Shown: piece by piece, positions 13,701-31,859 of the stretch
Position numbering within the stretch: position 1 is the stretch's first letter
Layout: each line of letters opens with the position of its first letter
Assembly: GCF_009914755.1 (NCBI RefSeq)
Contig: NC_060934.1
Length of the DNA: 64,000 nt
Strand: one strand, 5' to 3'
DNA from: the human T2T-CHM13v2.0 reference genome, Homo sapiens
The notes under the pieces: model-generated
What the model was told of the DNA's origin: nothing
Databases searched by the model: none
The model's input: only the letters and a program-made list of their open reading frames with translations
Position numbers and translations under genes: made by a program

Positions 13701-14362
13701 CAGCTCATAACTGCTTCTGACCCCCGTGCAGCACCGAGAGCTTCCTGGGTTTCCTCATAATTTCTCATAACCGTGACTTGCATTTGACCAGCCGGCCTCT
13801 CTGAGTCTCTCTCTACATCACCTCTGCTAACTGCTCTAGTCTCTCAGTATTTCATAGTTCAAATTCCCAGGAGAGGAAATCGGATTGGCCCAGCTCATCT
13901 TTTAACGCCAGGACACATTGTAAACAGCTGCCCAGCCAAAGAGCTGGCTGGGAGTGGAGCCATGTGCAGTCACCAATCAGCATCTTTGAAAGAGCAAAGC
14001 ACAGAAATAATACAGTAAGGAGGAAATGCGAATGGTTACAGGAAGAAATGTGAGGTGCAAAAAGAGGATGAGAGGAGGCTTCATGGAGGATAGTTTGTGG
14101 TTTGAGTCTCGAAATAAGAATAGGATTTGAGGGGCAGAGTTGGAGCCAAGGAGTTTCTGAAGGAGGAAACAGCATGAACACAGGCACAAGAGTAGGATTG
14201 CATGAGTCATGTTCAAAGGCCTCTGTATAAACTAGGAGAGAGAGGTAGAACAGAGCTGGAAAGGTGGGACTAGAATGCCAGCACAAGGAGTCTGAACTGA
14301 ATTCAGTGGGGGTCATGGAAGGTCTCTGAGCTGGAGAGGGATGTGATCAGGCACATGCTTTA

Positions 14363-14504
14363 GTTCGGATAACCATATGCCCAAGGTAGTTCCAGTTTAT
14401 GCCTGCTGTTCCTCTGACATTGTTTTTTTATTTTAAATTATTATTATTTTACAGATCCTCCTTTCACTCCTCCTGGTTTGAATACTAAAGTATATGGTCA
14501 CCCT
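14363..14504. mobile_element. MER81-like hAT-Blackjack MITE
   Basis: Degenerate TIRs GGATAACCATATG ... TATATGGTCACCCTA. Confidence 0.6.
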
Positions 14505-14786
14505 AGCTTTAGGGGCTATGGGCTGTTGCTATGGTAGGAATAGCATGAGTGGGACATAGCATGAGTGGGACAAGATTGGAGGCAGGAGGGTCATGGATGA
14601 GGGTATTGCCACAGTTCAGGTAAGGAAGGGCAGAACCAGAGCAGGCAGAGAGGACAGAACACAAAGGGGCGTGGGCAAGAGCTGAGGCTAGTGGAAAGTT
14701 GGCCAGACCTGGTGGGTGAATGGGCTTGGGAAATAAGGAAGGAGAAGGGTGAAGTCCAATGACTCCTAGGTGTTAAACTTGATTGT

Positions 14787-14944
14787 TCTTTGTTCGTTTG
14801 TTTGTGTGTTTGTTTGTTTGTTTAAATACAGACAGGGTCTCACTATGTTGCCCAGGCTGATCTCAAACTCCTGGGCTCAAGCAATCCTCCTCCCTCAGCC
14901 TCCCAAAGTGCTGGGATGACAGGCATGAGCCACCATGGCTGGCC
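14787..14944 (-). mobile_element. FLAM / Alu left monomer
   Basis: Single-arm antisense Alu with (TTTG)n tail. Confidence 0.85.
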
Positions 14945-15307
14945 AGGCTTGATTGTTTGAAAGCAGGTGGAAGTCTGGAGGCAGGGCTTGTTAGGGTTAG
15001 GGGATAGAGATCATGATTATGTTTACGATGAGTCTGAGGTGCTCCAGGGACGTTCACTCACACATGCCCAACAGGAAGTTGGACATTCCAGAGTGGAAGT
15101 CAGAAGCTGTCAGTTAGAGATTCTTCCAAGCAGATAGCTCGTTGAAACCAGGGAAGTGATGAGCTTGCTAGAGAGAGGGAATGGTAGTTCAAGACTGGAA
15201 ACAGAATCCTGGGAGATCCCTATATTTAGGAAGTTGGAGGAAGGAAAGAAGTCAGAGGAGACTAAAAAGGAGTGGTTGGGAAGTAGGGAGGAAATGAAGG
15301 GGAGTGA

Positions 15308-15605
<298 letters not shown>

Positions 15606-15774
15606 ATAGAAGTTTTTTAGGAGGGAATTAGTATCAAATTGTGCAGATCAATCAGTGAGGAAGACAGAGTAAAAGGCCAGTGGGTGGTTATTTGGAGGTC
15701 GCAGACGACTGTAAGAGACTACAGTGTGGTGGGGATATTGAATGAAGAGTTGAATGGCAAAGAACTAGAGGTGA

Positions 15775-16480
<706 letters not shown>

Positions 16481-17019
16481 TTACAGATGCAGAGAAAGTG
16501 TTTTCCACATGGTGACAAGGAATTAGTTGAGGCAGCATGAATGAGTCAGTTTTTTCACCTGCTCTAGAGTGCCCAGGAATGGGAGCCAGAAAAGTAATTG
16601 ATGGTGTTGCTTAGGGCTGGAGCAGGGTGGGCAGGATGGAAGCAAGCACAGGGTTGAAGTGGCTGATACAGAACCAGGGTAAGAAGGGAGAAAGTAAAGC
16701 CAGAATGGGGGTGAGGGACTGGGAGAAAGCAGACAGTTTCAGGGACTACAGAGCAAGTCAACAGGAATGAATGAGGTGAGAAGATAAGGGATTGGGCTCA
16801 AATAAGAGAAGTTCAGATCCTGAAATTCTGGAGTTTCCAAGGAGTGAAGGGAGTGAGGGTCATGCCAATTAGTGGCTGGACAGGAAGTGAAAGATCCTGT
16901 CCAGAATAGCTCAAGACCTTCAGGTCTTCAGTAACCCCATGCTGGGGGGCAAAGGAGGCTGGCTGGGGTGGCTGGGCATGAAGCCAATCTCAGCATCCCT
17001 AGTGACATTCGGGTTTGAT

Positions 17020-18290
17020 TTCCTTTGTATTCATGCACGTGGTATATGTCCCTTTATTAAACACAAAGAACATTCAAATAATTAAAATAATGGCCCGTAA
17101 TCCTACTCCTCAGAAATTACCAATGGTAATATGTTGTTGAATACTCTCCCAGATCTTGATACAGGTATCCTTTCTAATCAAGGCACTGGCAGACTTGGTG
17201 TTGTGTGAGGGCCCTTTGTCTTTCTTTGTTTCTTTCTTTCTTTCTTTTATTTATTTATTAATTTTTTTGAGACAGTGTCGCTCTATTGCCCAGGCTGGAG
17301 TGCAGTGGCACAATCTCAGCTCACTGCAACCTCTGCCTCCTGGGTTCAAGTGATTCTCGTGCCTCGGCCTCTTGAGTAGCTGGGATTACAGGTGCCTGCC
17401 ACCATGCCCGGCTAATTTTTGTATTTTTAGTAGAGACGGGGTTTCACCATGTTGGCCAGGCTGGTCTCAAACTCCTGACCTCAAGTGATCTGCCCACCTC
17501 GGCCTCCCAAAGTGCTGGGGTTACAGGCATGAGCCACTGTGCCTGGGAGGGGCCTTTTCTCGGAGATGGAGGCTTCTAGCTGTGTCTTCACATGGAGGAA
17601 GGGCTATACATGCTTTTTTAAAAACCAAAATGAGGATTACATTATATAGACATAATGGTTTTAAAAATAAACCATTTTGGAATTTTGGTAATTTTGGAAT
17701 AATTTTAGATATACAGAAAACTTGCAAAGCTAGTACAGGGTTTCCATACATCCCTTATGCACTTTCCCCTAATGTTAACATCTTACATTACCAAGGTATA
17801 TTTATCAGAGTTAAGAAATCAGCATTGGTATGTTATTATTGACTGAACTTCAGATTTTATTTGGCTTTCGGTAGTTTTCTCACTAATGTCCTTTTCTTAT
17901 TCCAGGATCCAATCCAGGCTACCACATTGCATTTAGTATACATACTGTTCTGCAACCTGCTTGTTTTACTCAACGTTACATTGTGAATGTCTTTCAATGA
18001 TGCTAAACATTCTTCCACGCCATCATTTTAATGGCTACATGGTATTCTGTTGATGGTTGTACCATTGCCAATCCCTACTGTGGGATGTTTAGGTTGTTTC
18101 CAATTTTTCACTCTTATAAACAAGGCAGGAATGAGCCCCTTGAAGTTAAATCGTCTGGACTATTCCTGTTTATTTCCTTACAATACCGTCCTAGACATTG
18201 CTAGGGATAAGGGGGTATACTTTGTGGAGGCTGGGGATACTTCTTACCCAACTTTCCTCCTGAAAGGTTGTATTAATTTACCCTCATATT
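17020..18290 (-). mobile_element. Old L1M 3' remnants, with an inserted MaLR fragment and Alu
   Basis: T-rich L1M-like sequence (GGATGTTTAGGTTGTTTCCAATTTTTCACT). Confidence 0.65.
17240..17545 (-). mobile_element. AluS-like
   Basis: Antisense Alu consensus. Confidence 0.95.
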
Positions 18291-18894
18291 GGCATCAATC
18301 ATGCTTTTTGTTGGTTTTGTTTATGACAAGGAGGGATGTGGGTGCAGACCAACTCTTAAGAGTGGCTGTCTCTCAATGCCAGGCTTCTCAATACCACATC
18401 CTATCTCTCTATCCTCAACTCTTCTCTAAGCCACGGAGTCTGTATTGGCCCGGACTGCAGTTAGCAGCTGGGGTAGGGGTTGGGTGTGGCCAGGCTATGG
18501 CCCCTGGGCTCTGGGGACATCTCCTAAGCTGGGAGCTGGGAAGGGGGACTGGGCGGCTGCCTGGGCTTTGGTCTTTTTCCTGGAGCTGAGCTGGCCGGAG
18601 GGAAGGGTTGGGTTGGGCAGAGGCTGTAAGGAGAGGGGGAGCTCTCCTCTCCCCTCGTGAAAGCTGAGAGGCAGGAGGGCAGCTCCCTGAGCCAGCCGGG
18701 GGACAGCAGACGGATCGGGAGAAACGTAACCTCCCCGAGATGCATGCTCCAGTTCAAGCAGGAGGCATTAAGGATGAAATATCTCCCGAGCAACAATTCA
18801 TCTCTAACTGGTAGGAGAGGGACTCGCTGACATTTAGCTGTGATCAGGGTCTGCACATGCCTGTCTCCAGAAGCCTAACAGGAGCGTGACCGTC

Positions 18895-19230
18895 TGCGTG
18901 TACGAGAGACTGTGTGTGCGCATGTGTGTGTGTGTAACAGAGTGTGAGGAACTGTGTGTGGCTGTAATGAAGCAAAGGGTATACGGGTGATGTGGTGTGT
19001 AAGGAACCGCATGTGTGATGGGATATGAAGGCTTATGTGTGACTTTCGTGAGGCTGTGTATGCATGTGACAGTACGTGTGTGAGGATCTTCGTGTGATTG
19101 TGAGCATCCTCAAGTGTATGTGAAAGCTATGTCTGTAATAGGGTGTTGGAGCCTGTGTGTGATGTCGAGCAGTGTGGATGATTGTGCGAGCGTACGATAG
19201 GGTGTTCTGCAATACTCTGTATGAAAGCAA
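18895..19230. repeat. Degenerate (TG)-rich low-complexity tract
   Basis: Direct sequence. Confidence 0.75.
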
Positions 19231-19499
19231 GATTGATCCTGAAATTGGGCTTGAGACCTTATGAGATTGAGCATGCGGGATAGTAGATGTGAAACTGACC
19301 CCCAGACTAAGCTAGCCACCGCCACCTCAGGACACCGCCAGCGCAGGAGATGGCTTTGAGAGAGTTAAAAAGAGGCACCCCTTCTGTCACAAAGACACAG
19401 ACACTGGTCATGCTCTCCTGGAGCCCTCTTGTGTGGTGCAGCCTGCGTAACTCTAAGTGAAGACCCTGTGTGGAGCCCCTGCTCTCTTAGAGTCCAGTG

Positions 19500-19725
19500 A
19501 AATTTTCTCTACCATGACCCTTATTATGATTTGACTGTCTTTAACAATTTTGTGTAAATATTCATTTAATATATGTATCTCTCTCCTGCTAGGCTGTAAG
19601 CTCCATGGAGGCTGGGACCACTGGTCTAGGTCTGTCTCGTTCATTGTTGTCACACCGGCTCCTAGCCCGGTGCCTGGGGCAGAGCGGTTGCTCCATGAAT
19701 ATTTGTTGGATGACTGAATGGATAA
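19500..19725 (+). mobile_element. L2 3' end
   Basis: GGCTGTAAGCTCCATGGAGGC...AATATTTGTTGGATGACTGAATG. Confidence 0.75.
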
Positions 19726-19870
19726 GACAGGGTGCACACATACAAGTGTGAGTGCACAGGCATATAGAAGTGTGGACCTGAGCCAGGGCGTCCGTGTGCA
19801 TTCGCTGGATGTGTGTGCCCGTGAGTGAGTGTCATTGTCATTCCCAGAAGACCTCCCTCTCCTGTTTCCC

Positions 19871-20557
<687 letters not shown>

Positions 20558-20844
20558 TCCTCTCCTATTTGCTAAGCCCTCAGCCCCAGATAGGCTACAG
20601 ACAGACATGGCCTGGAGACAGGAGGACATTTGAGAAGGAGACCAGCTCCCTCTTTGCACTGTGTTTGGGCAAGAGTGGCAGGAGCAGTGAGATTGGGTTT
20701 ACTGGCTGGAGAAACAGCAAGGGGTCAAATCCTTCCCCACTCCACCCTAGATGTTCTCCTGATTCATTGTCCAGGCCTGTTTGAGGTCCTGAGAAGAGTT
20801 CTGGGAATTGGGAGGAGCAGATGAAGACAGCTTCATCTGCTCCT

Positions 20845-22484
<1,640 letters not shown>

Positions 22485-24939
22485 TAGACATAGCAGTTTT
22501 TGTCACTAATGCCACAGCAGCCCTACCCCTAGGCATGGCCTAGTCCCTAAGAAGGAGGGCCCCGTGGCCCTGCATTTTGAGAGAGGTGTACACGGGGGGA
22601 CATAGAGATGAAAAGGGTCGGTTTGGGGTGGGGGAACATTTGGCAGGGAGGTTTGCAGAAGCAGAGAGAAATGACCTAAGAAGCATGAAGGGGACAGGAA
22701 AGTGAGAATGTTGGGGGCTGAACAGGTTTGGGGCAGAGCAGGAGGCAAATGGCTCAGCACAGAGGCCTGACGATGCCCTCGATGGGCGGATGGGAGGAGG
22801 CTAGAGTTCACCAGAGCCCCAGGTGGCCATCAGCACAGCTAGACCCACTCCTAACTCCTAAAATCTGGGGTGGTTCCTGAGGCTCACTCATGCTGGTGCT
22901 CTAGGAACAGAGGCGGGAACCTGCTCAGCTAGGGAAATGAGCTCAGAGGGTTTACTGGAGTGATGCTCTGTCCCAGTGTGGCCAGAGAGACCACAGGGCA
23001 GTTGACAGAAGAGACTCAAGATGGTAGTTGTCCCTGTGTGAACTGTTTCCCCCCTAAATGACAGAGGAGGGCGAAGTGCTCTGCCAGGCCCCCTGCTCAG
23101 ACTGTGCTAATGGGACTCTGGTTATTGGGGCAAAATCCGAGGGCTGCACTCACCCGGCCGCTGCGCTGACCCAGTGGCTGCACTCAACCGGTGGCTGCAC
23201 TGGCCTCCACTTTCTCAGCAAACACTTGGGCAGACACAGTGTCCTGGGGGTGCCTGTCAGACCCTAGAGGCCCCTTCCCTACCCACAGGGGCTCTAAACT
23301 TTCACCCTCCCTTCCTGCCCCTACCCCCATCCTTTCAGAGTCTGAAAAGGCAGACAGCTTGCTGTTTGCTCTGGAATCTGACCTTCTGAGCAGGCAGTAC
23401 CCTGCCTCTGGCCTCTGCCCTCTCTCCTAGGGCCCTCAGTGCTGCTTCCCTGGGGGTTCCCAGCCTGTGCAGAGACCAACCCCTCCGAGGCAGAAGATAT
23501 TTGCTCTGCTCCTAGCTTTGGGAAACCACACGTTTCATCTCCCAGAAGGGGGATCAAGACAGGGCCCTAGGCTCCTAGGGGATGGGGGAGGGGTGGGCCT
23601 GCTCTCTTCTGTCACCATCCCCCCCAATTTTCAAAGCAGTTTGGCTCCATATATGACTGGAACCAATTGCAGGCAATGTCCCTGTCAGGGCATAGCTGTG
23701 CTCATCCATTACCTGCTGGAATCTCGCCCACTGCCCTCTCAGGGGGACCGGCTCAGGAATTCAGTTGACCCTTGACAAGTTGGAAAGGCCAAGGGTATCT
23801 TTTCCTTCCTCTCTTCTCAGTAATGACTTGATCAGACTGCAGGCTCCTTAAGGATAAGAGTCGAGTCTTATTCATCTTTGGGTCACCAAGCTCCAGTGCT
23901 CAGCACACGGTAGTCACTAAATTAAAAATGGAACAAATGAATGAAAGGAAGAGGGGGAAAGGGAGGACTGTATCCCTTTTCTCTGGTGATGGAAGTGGGG
24001 AGAGGTTGTGCTTATTAACTGGTATGTCTATGGTCATTATGTCTTCTGGTGGTGGCAAGCGGAAGCTACTAGTTTCCCTCCCACCTGGCCACCTCCCAGG
24101 GTCACTCCATCATCCGTTTGCCCAGCATTGGAGGTGAGGTAGGGGGTAACTACTGAGCATTTGGGCTGTCCTCAAAGTGTAAGCAGCCTTGTGCACATGC
24201 CAGGGAGCCTCCAACCCGATTTTTTCTGTAGATAGTCTCTGCCTTGGGCAGAGCCTTGTGCCAGACATTGAGAAGGAATCTGGTCTCAAAACATCAAACA
24301 AGAATCCAGTTCCCTTCTTCCTACTTCACCCCTCCATGCCATAGCACTCTGGTAAAATTTATTCAGATCTGGGGATTGGAGAGCAATTCCTTTTGGATTA
24401 CATGATCAGGTCAAGAGATGCGCTTTGGGATCTGAACTCAATCCAGATGCATATACTGGGTCCTTTCTCTCCCCATGCAGGGACTCAAACCATGTGTAAC
24501 TGGAGGAGTTGACTGCTTGCAGAAAACATAGGTGCCTATGCATCCCTGAGAGGACAAGAGAGTGACTGGAGGGGCTTTGGCCAGAGTCCAGGGGTGGGGA
24601 GAGGTGACAGTTCCTGCTGCCTCTAACATGGTCACTACCATCGCTAACCTTGGAGGAGGTCCCTCTCCCCAAATGCTTCAGAGCCCAAGATCTCACTGTC
24701 CGTGGAAGAGATGTGGGATATCCAGGTCTCTCTCTATAGCACACCTTCCACAAAAGAGCAACGTATCTCCATTCTTTCTGGGGATAACCTTTCTGGAAAA
24801 TACATAAGCCAGAACAAGACCATTGTGATCTCCACTGGACAAGCCAGGAGGGGAGCAGAGCTTATCTCCTGCCCCTAACCTCTTCTCCTTCCTGTGGCAC
24901 TTTCCATGCATCAGGATTTTTTTTTTCCTTTACTCTCTT

Positions 24940-25244
24940 TCTCTCTCTTTTTTTTTTTTTATTTGAGATGGAGTCTCATTCTGTTGCCCAGGCTGGAGTA
25001 CAGTAGCATGATCTCGACTCACCACAACTTCCGCCTCTCAGGTTCAAGCGATTCTCTTGCCTCAGCCTCCCGAGTAGCTGGGACTACAGGCATGTGCCAC
25101 CGTGCCTGGCTAACTTTTGTATTTTTTGCAGAGACGGGGTTTCACTATGTTGGCCAGGCTGGTCTCGAACTCCCGACCTTGTGATCCGCCCGCCTCGGCC
25201 TCCCAAAGTGCTGGGATTACAGGCATGAGCCACCGCACCTGGCC
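24940..25244 (-). mobile_element. AluS-like
   Basis: Antisense Alu consensus. Confidence 0.95.
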
Positions 25245-25834
25245 TTCTTTCTTTTTTATTACTCACCACTATACTAACAAGGACAGGTTTTCTATATTGG
25301 TAAGTCCTGCCAGGAAATACCCTTTCCTTGCTTCCTTTGGGCTTCAGGGACCAACCTGCCTTCAGGGATCAACTAGACAAACCCAGCCTGTTTGTGCTCA
25401 GCAAAAATCCAAGAAAAGCTGTTGGCAGGATATTAGTCCCCCTGAGAGGGCAAGGCACTGCTGAGCTCCCCAGGCCCAGCCAGGCAGGCATCTATAACTG
25501 ATGGCAGAATGCCTACAGCTAAGTGGCCACAAGTTAGTTATCAACTAAGGGCCCCAAAGCCAGAGCATCCAAGCAGGCAGAAAGACAGTGCAGATTTCAA
25601 TGGACTGTGGTCAGGATAGGCAAGGAGTCCAGAATCTAAAAGGTCAAACAGCAATGCAAACTTGAGCCTGAGGCAAGAATGATTGAGTGAGGGGGCTGCA
25701 AGGGGACAAGCGGTTCAAGAGCTTATTTTGACCAGATGGAAATTTTGGGTATACTCGGAGACTTCTAGACAGGAAAAAGGGATCTGGGGGTGTCCTTACA
25801 ATACTGAGCTGGTGGAGATGCTGCAGGGCCTAAT

Positions 25835-26200
25835 TTCATTATTATGGTGATGGTGGAAGTTGTTGTTGTAGTGAGATTGATAGTGACAGAGATTGCAGTA
25901 ATTATGGTAATAGCAGGAATGGGGTGATGAGTGGTCATAGTGTTGCCATGGTTAATGGTTGTTGCCAAGGGGATAAAAGGAGTAAGGATGATAACTATTG
26001 TTATGGGGAAGGACATGGTGATATTGAAGCTAGAGTAACAGAAACAATCATTTTAGGGGTGATGGCAGTATCAGTGAATGATAGTGACAATAATTATGGT
26101 CACAAGTGAAGAGGTGATTGTGATGGTTGTGGAGAAGTTGACTTGTTATCCAGATGAGGGAGTGATAAGGTGATAAATATTACATTGGTAAATATGGACT
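25835..26200. repeat. Degenerate (GAT/GGT)n low-complexity tract
   Basis: Recurrent GTGATG/ATGGT triplets. Confidence 0.65.
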
Positions 26201-26676
26201 CTTCATGTGGTATCATTGTTCTTTCTTTAAGCCACATAATATATGAGATAAGCCTGATCCTTTAGAGGAGCTCAGGAGGCATATGTCATGACCCTGGGTC
26301 TCCCTGAACATAACACCTCTGTGATCAGACCTGCACTGTTTTTCCTGGTCCACTCCATTCTGACTGAAGCCAAAGTGGAGATTGGAGGGTAACCCATACC
26401 CTAGCTTTTCCTTTTGTTTCTCCATCTTCCTAGGGGCCTACTTGCTTCCTAAGATAGTCCTTCTCCAGGGTCCAATATAGTAAACTAAGGCATAGTTGTT
26501 CCTCGTGGGCTGAAGCCAGAGCACTCTGTGTATGCCAAGCATCTGGCTGGAAAAGGAATAATGCTGCCAAAAGGCCCTTGCAGCAGTAGGAACAGTGGTT
26601 ACTGTAACTATTATTCTTAACTCATGGCTGGTCCTCAATCTCTAATTGGTTTCAACCTCTGGCAATTCCCTTAATC

Positions 26677-27398
26677 TGCGCTGGCTACTAGCCAAATGTG
26701 GCTATTGCGCATTTGAAATGCAGCTAGTCCAATTCAGATGTGAGTGTAAGATATACATTGGATTTTGAAGACTTAGCATGAAAAAAAGAATGTAAACTCT
26801 TTATCTCTCTTTTTTCTTTCTGTTTGTTTTTTTTTTGTTGTTTTTTGGTTTTTTTTTTTTGAGACATGGTCTTCCTCTATCGCCCAGGCTGGGGCGCAGT
26901 GGTGCAATTGTAACTCATTGCAGCCTCAAACTCCTGGGCTCAAGTGATCCTCCCACCACAGCCTCCTGAGTAGCTGGGATTATAGGCACGTACCACCACA
27001 CCCAGCTAATTTTTAAAATTTTTGTAGAAACGGGGTCTTGCTATGTTGCCCAGGCTGGTTTCAAAATCCTGGGTTCAAGTGGTCCTCCCACCTTGGCCTC
27101 TCAAAGTGCTGAGATTACAGGTGTGAGCCATTGAGCCTGGACCTCTTTATCTCTTTAATATAAATTTTTATATTGTTCACATGCTGAAGTAATATTTTGA
27201 AAATATGGAGTTAAATGTAATATAAATTAATTTCACCTGTTTCTTTTTATTTTTTTTTAAATGTGTCTACTAGAAGATTTTTTTTTTTTTTTTTTTGAGA
27301 CAAGTTCTTGCTCTGTCGCCCAGGCTGGAATGCAGTGGTGCTGTCTACTAGATGATTTTAAATACATATGTGGTTCACATTATATCGGATGGTGCTGC
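26677..27398 (+). mobile_element. MER33-like hAT-Charlie MITE interrupted by an AluJ (about 26810-27142) and a truncated Alu (27279-27341)
   Basis: CTACTAGCCAAATGTGGCTA...GATTTTGAAGACTTAG...AATTAATTTCACCTGTTTCTTTTTA match MER33 as recalled. Confidence 0.75.
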
Positions 27399-27429
27399 CT
27401 TAGCTCATTTGCTTTTCGTTTGCTCAGAG

Positions 27430-27860
27430 AAACAAAAGGAAAGAAATAAAGCAAATTCCAAAATTATAGTAAGTTAAGCACCTAATAAGTTTGTTTCTCT
27501 TTACCATAAAATCTAAGCAGAAGTGCTGCAGGGCAGATGTGGCAGCTCCATTCCAATGTCAGGGCTCCAGGGTCTCTCTTTACTATGCTTTCACCATTCT
27601 CAACACATGGCTTCCATCTTGAGGTCTAAGATGACTGCTCTAGTTTCTATAACCATTTACACTCAGTGAAAAGGGGAGAAAAGGGTGTCAACTCCTTCAT
27701 ATGGGCAGAGTCCAGAAGCACACATTACTTCTGCTTGCATCTCATTGGCTGGAATCTGGTTACCCAAACACACCTAGCTGCAAGGGAGTCTGGGAAATGT
27801 AGTCCTAAACCAGGTGGCCATGCTCCAGCTAACACTTGGGGATTTTATTATTAAAAGAAG
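27430..27860. mobile_element. Old MLT1-type MaLR LTR remnant
   Basis: CACCTAGCTGCAAGGGAGTCTGGGAAATGTAGTC motif. Confidence 0.6.
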
Positions 27861-28002
27861 AAAGGGAGAATGGCTGCTGGGGGACAGGAGGGCTATTACC
27901 CAAGGCTCATACCTACTACAGGTCTGAGGAGTGGCTGCCATCACTGGCAGCAGGAGGATGGAGCAGATAATCTCCAAGAAAAAGCCTGTTCCGTTTAAAG
28001 AG

Positions 28003-29290
<1,288 letters not shown>

Positions 29291-30279
29291 ACAGCCCAAG
29301 TCCCAGCATATTTTCAGATGTTCCTTGATCAGCATGATTTTAAGAGAGGGAAGAAAGGAGACAGTTTGACAAGAAAATGAAAGAGGGAGAATGAGGACGG
29401 TGCATGGCTGGGGACTATTGTTTGAGTTGTAAGCTCTCTTGCTGGGACAACGCCTGTGATTCCAGTACTTCGGACATTTATACTCAAGGTCTTCATAGGT
29501 CATGTGATATAGAAACAATGGCTCCAACCATTTGTTAAGTAGGTTCTGTTTATTAAACTCCTGCTTGCCTACCTTCTTCCTTCCACTTTTGACCTTCCCC
29601 ACCTCTCTATCAGGTGCCCAGGACAGGCACAGAAGTGAACCCAGGAGACCTACAAGACCTGTACTTAAGAGAGTAGTGTGACTTGGGAGTCAGAAAACAG
29701 CCAAAGACAACTATCCAGACAGCCACAGTGGGCAAAGGCTGGGACAGACACACTGGGCATAGCTCTGACTTTCTCTTTGACCCAGATCTCAACAAAAAAA
29801 TACTCAAGTAAAGTTGATCTCCATGAAGACAGGACCTAGCTCTATCGTGTCCACCAATGTATTCCTGTTGCCTGGCACAGAACAAGCGTTTGGTAAGAGT
29901 TTGCTGAACAGATGAATGAAGAGGAGTGGGCTTTCTCTGAAGTCAGGTTCGAGGTTGAGCTGTGAGGAGAGATTATGTGGGTTTTGAGGTTGGGGCTCCA
30001 CCATGCCCTCCCACCTACCCCTCCTTTTCCATGGCCCGCTTCTGAACCTTCAATCCCATCCTCCCAGGCTCTTTCTCTCCATGACTGCTGGTCTCTCAAG
30101 CTCGGGATAGGCTGCTCTAGGGAAACTGGAGGTAGTGGGCAGAAAGGTGAGGCAAGTGTGGGCATTTCCTCGGAGGCCGGCCCTCCCTCAGAACCCACTG
30201 CCCTGGCAGACTCACCTTTGCTCTTGGACTGAGACAAGGCTTCCCTGACTGCCGCCTCCTCCACGCTGCTCCTTCTCTC

Positions 30280-31010
30280 TCAGCAAGGGTCAGATAAGGA
30301 GACCGCAATCCGCCCTAGGAGAAAGCCTGGCCGATAGAGGGGCCCAAACCCCGGACGTCCCCCCTCCTCCCATATATCTTGGTGTCAAACACATTTTATT
30401 TCCTCACGTCTGGGGACCCTGGAGCTTCCCCTCCAGGATTACTTCCTCCTCCGGTTTGTTTTCCAGCTGGAGATTCTAGGAGCCCCACGGCAGGGGGCGG
30501 CTCCTCCGCTTGTGGCCCAAAGGCTTCAAAGGGCCCAGAGTGGAATGCCGCGGCCAGAGGCTGCTGGCCTGGGAGGAGGGGTGGAGGCATCGCAAGCCCA
30601 AGGTACGGGGGCTCTGGCTGGGTACCCCACTCATTTTCAAGCTGCCCCCCCATTGGCTGAAGGGCTGTATCTATGGGCAGAAGGTGACTTCAAAGGTCAG
30701 CAATGGGGGACTCCCTACCACCCCCTCCCCCGGGGCTCAGAGGGGGCCAGGAAGTGCCCCCCCCATCATGATGGATTAGGTGCCTAAGAGCCATGGCGAG
30801 CTTAAGGACGGGAGACCTTCTCTTTTTTCATGGGGTTCAGATTTCACGATTTGTGGGGGGGGTTAAATAATTAGTAATTTGTGATTAAGCCTTTTCATGG
30901 ATATTTTGTTTCTTTGTTCTGTGATGTCGCCTGGAGCCATTTAAAAAATGACTTAATGACAAAGAAAAAATAATTGCTCTTTGTAACTAATGACTGTGTC
31001 AGAACTTGGA
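30280..31010. promoter_or_regulatory. Candidate regulatory element (GC-rich part followed by an AT-rich homeodomain-motif block)
   Basis: CCAAT box (CATTGGCTG), ETS CAGGAAGTG and a CTCF-like CGGCAGGGGGCGG; then TAATTAG/TAAT/GATTA clusters at 30864-30990; repeat-free. Confidence 0.5.
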
Positions 31011-31859
31011 AATCACCAAAGCCTCGGAAAGTAGAAACCGAGTAGGGGGTGGGGGTTCCACTCTCCAAGGAATCAGATCAGCAGTCGTAAAGTGGCCCGG
31101 GATCTGCTTGCACCTGGATGGCCCCCTTCCCTTCCCTGGAGCCAGCAGCCAGCACCTGCAGGCTCAGCCTGGGGGCTTCAGGCCTAGGGTGCCTTAGGTA
31201 CCTTTGCCCCTGGGCTGAGAGGAATGGTCAGAATGCCCTAGGCCAGCCTAGACTGCACCAGCTCAGCCTCACCTTGGAGTTGCTCCTTCCTTCATAAAAT
31301 CCCCCTGTAAGGAGACTTCTCCCCCTCTGGTGGAGGAGCAAGGGGTAGTTCTGTCCTCACTTCTCCACTCCTGCAGCTTCCTATAGAGCTCCGGAGTTGC
31401 CCTGGGATTCTGGATTCTTCTGGGTCTTTACTTTTTTTTTTTTTTTTTAGTACTTAATTGTCAAATAAAGATTGAGCATATTCACAGGGTACAATGTGAG
31501 GATATGATACACTCACCCGAATCTTTATGGCTCCTGTGTCCCTACCTAGACTGAGCTCTCCCTGGGGGACAGAAAAAATGCCCTCTCCCTCCTGATGCTT
31601 CAGCCCCTCCTCCCCTCATGTACGCTAACCTACCTTGGGCTGGGGCCCTGCAGAGCTCTGGACCACTTGAGGCAGGGATCTGGCAGGGCCCAAGCCCCAA
31701 GGACTCAGGGCAGCCCACCGCCTGCTGTCACCCCCAGCCGCCTCCCGCAGCCTCTGGGGACTGGGCCGGGAGATGGGGAATTGCTCACACAGCAGATTCC
31801 ACTCCTGTTCCCTTCCCAGGCCCTCGCTCCGATCTCTCCCAGGGGGAAATGCTGGGGGG

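Noticed and set aside
20813-20844. Hairpin as a pre-miRNA
   Set aside because: The 14-bp stem is too short and the flanks do not extend the pairing; kept only as a DNA inverted repeat
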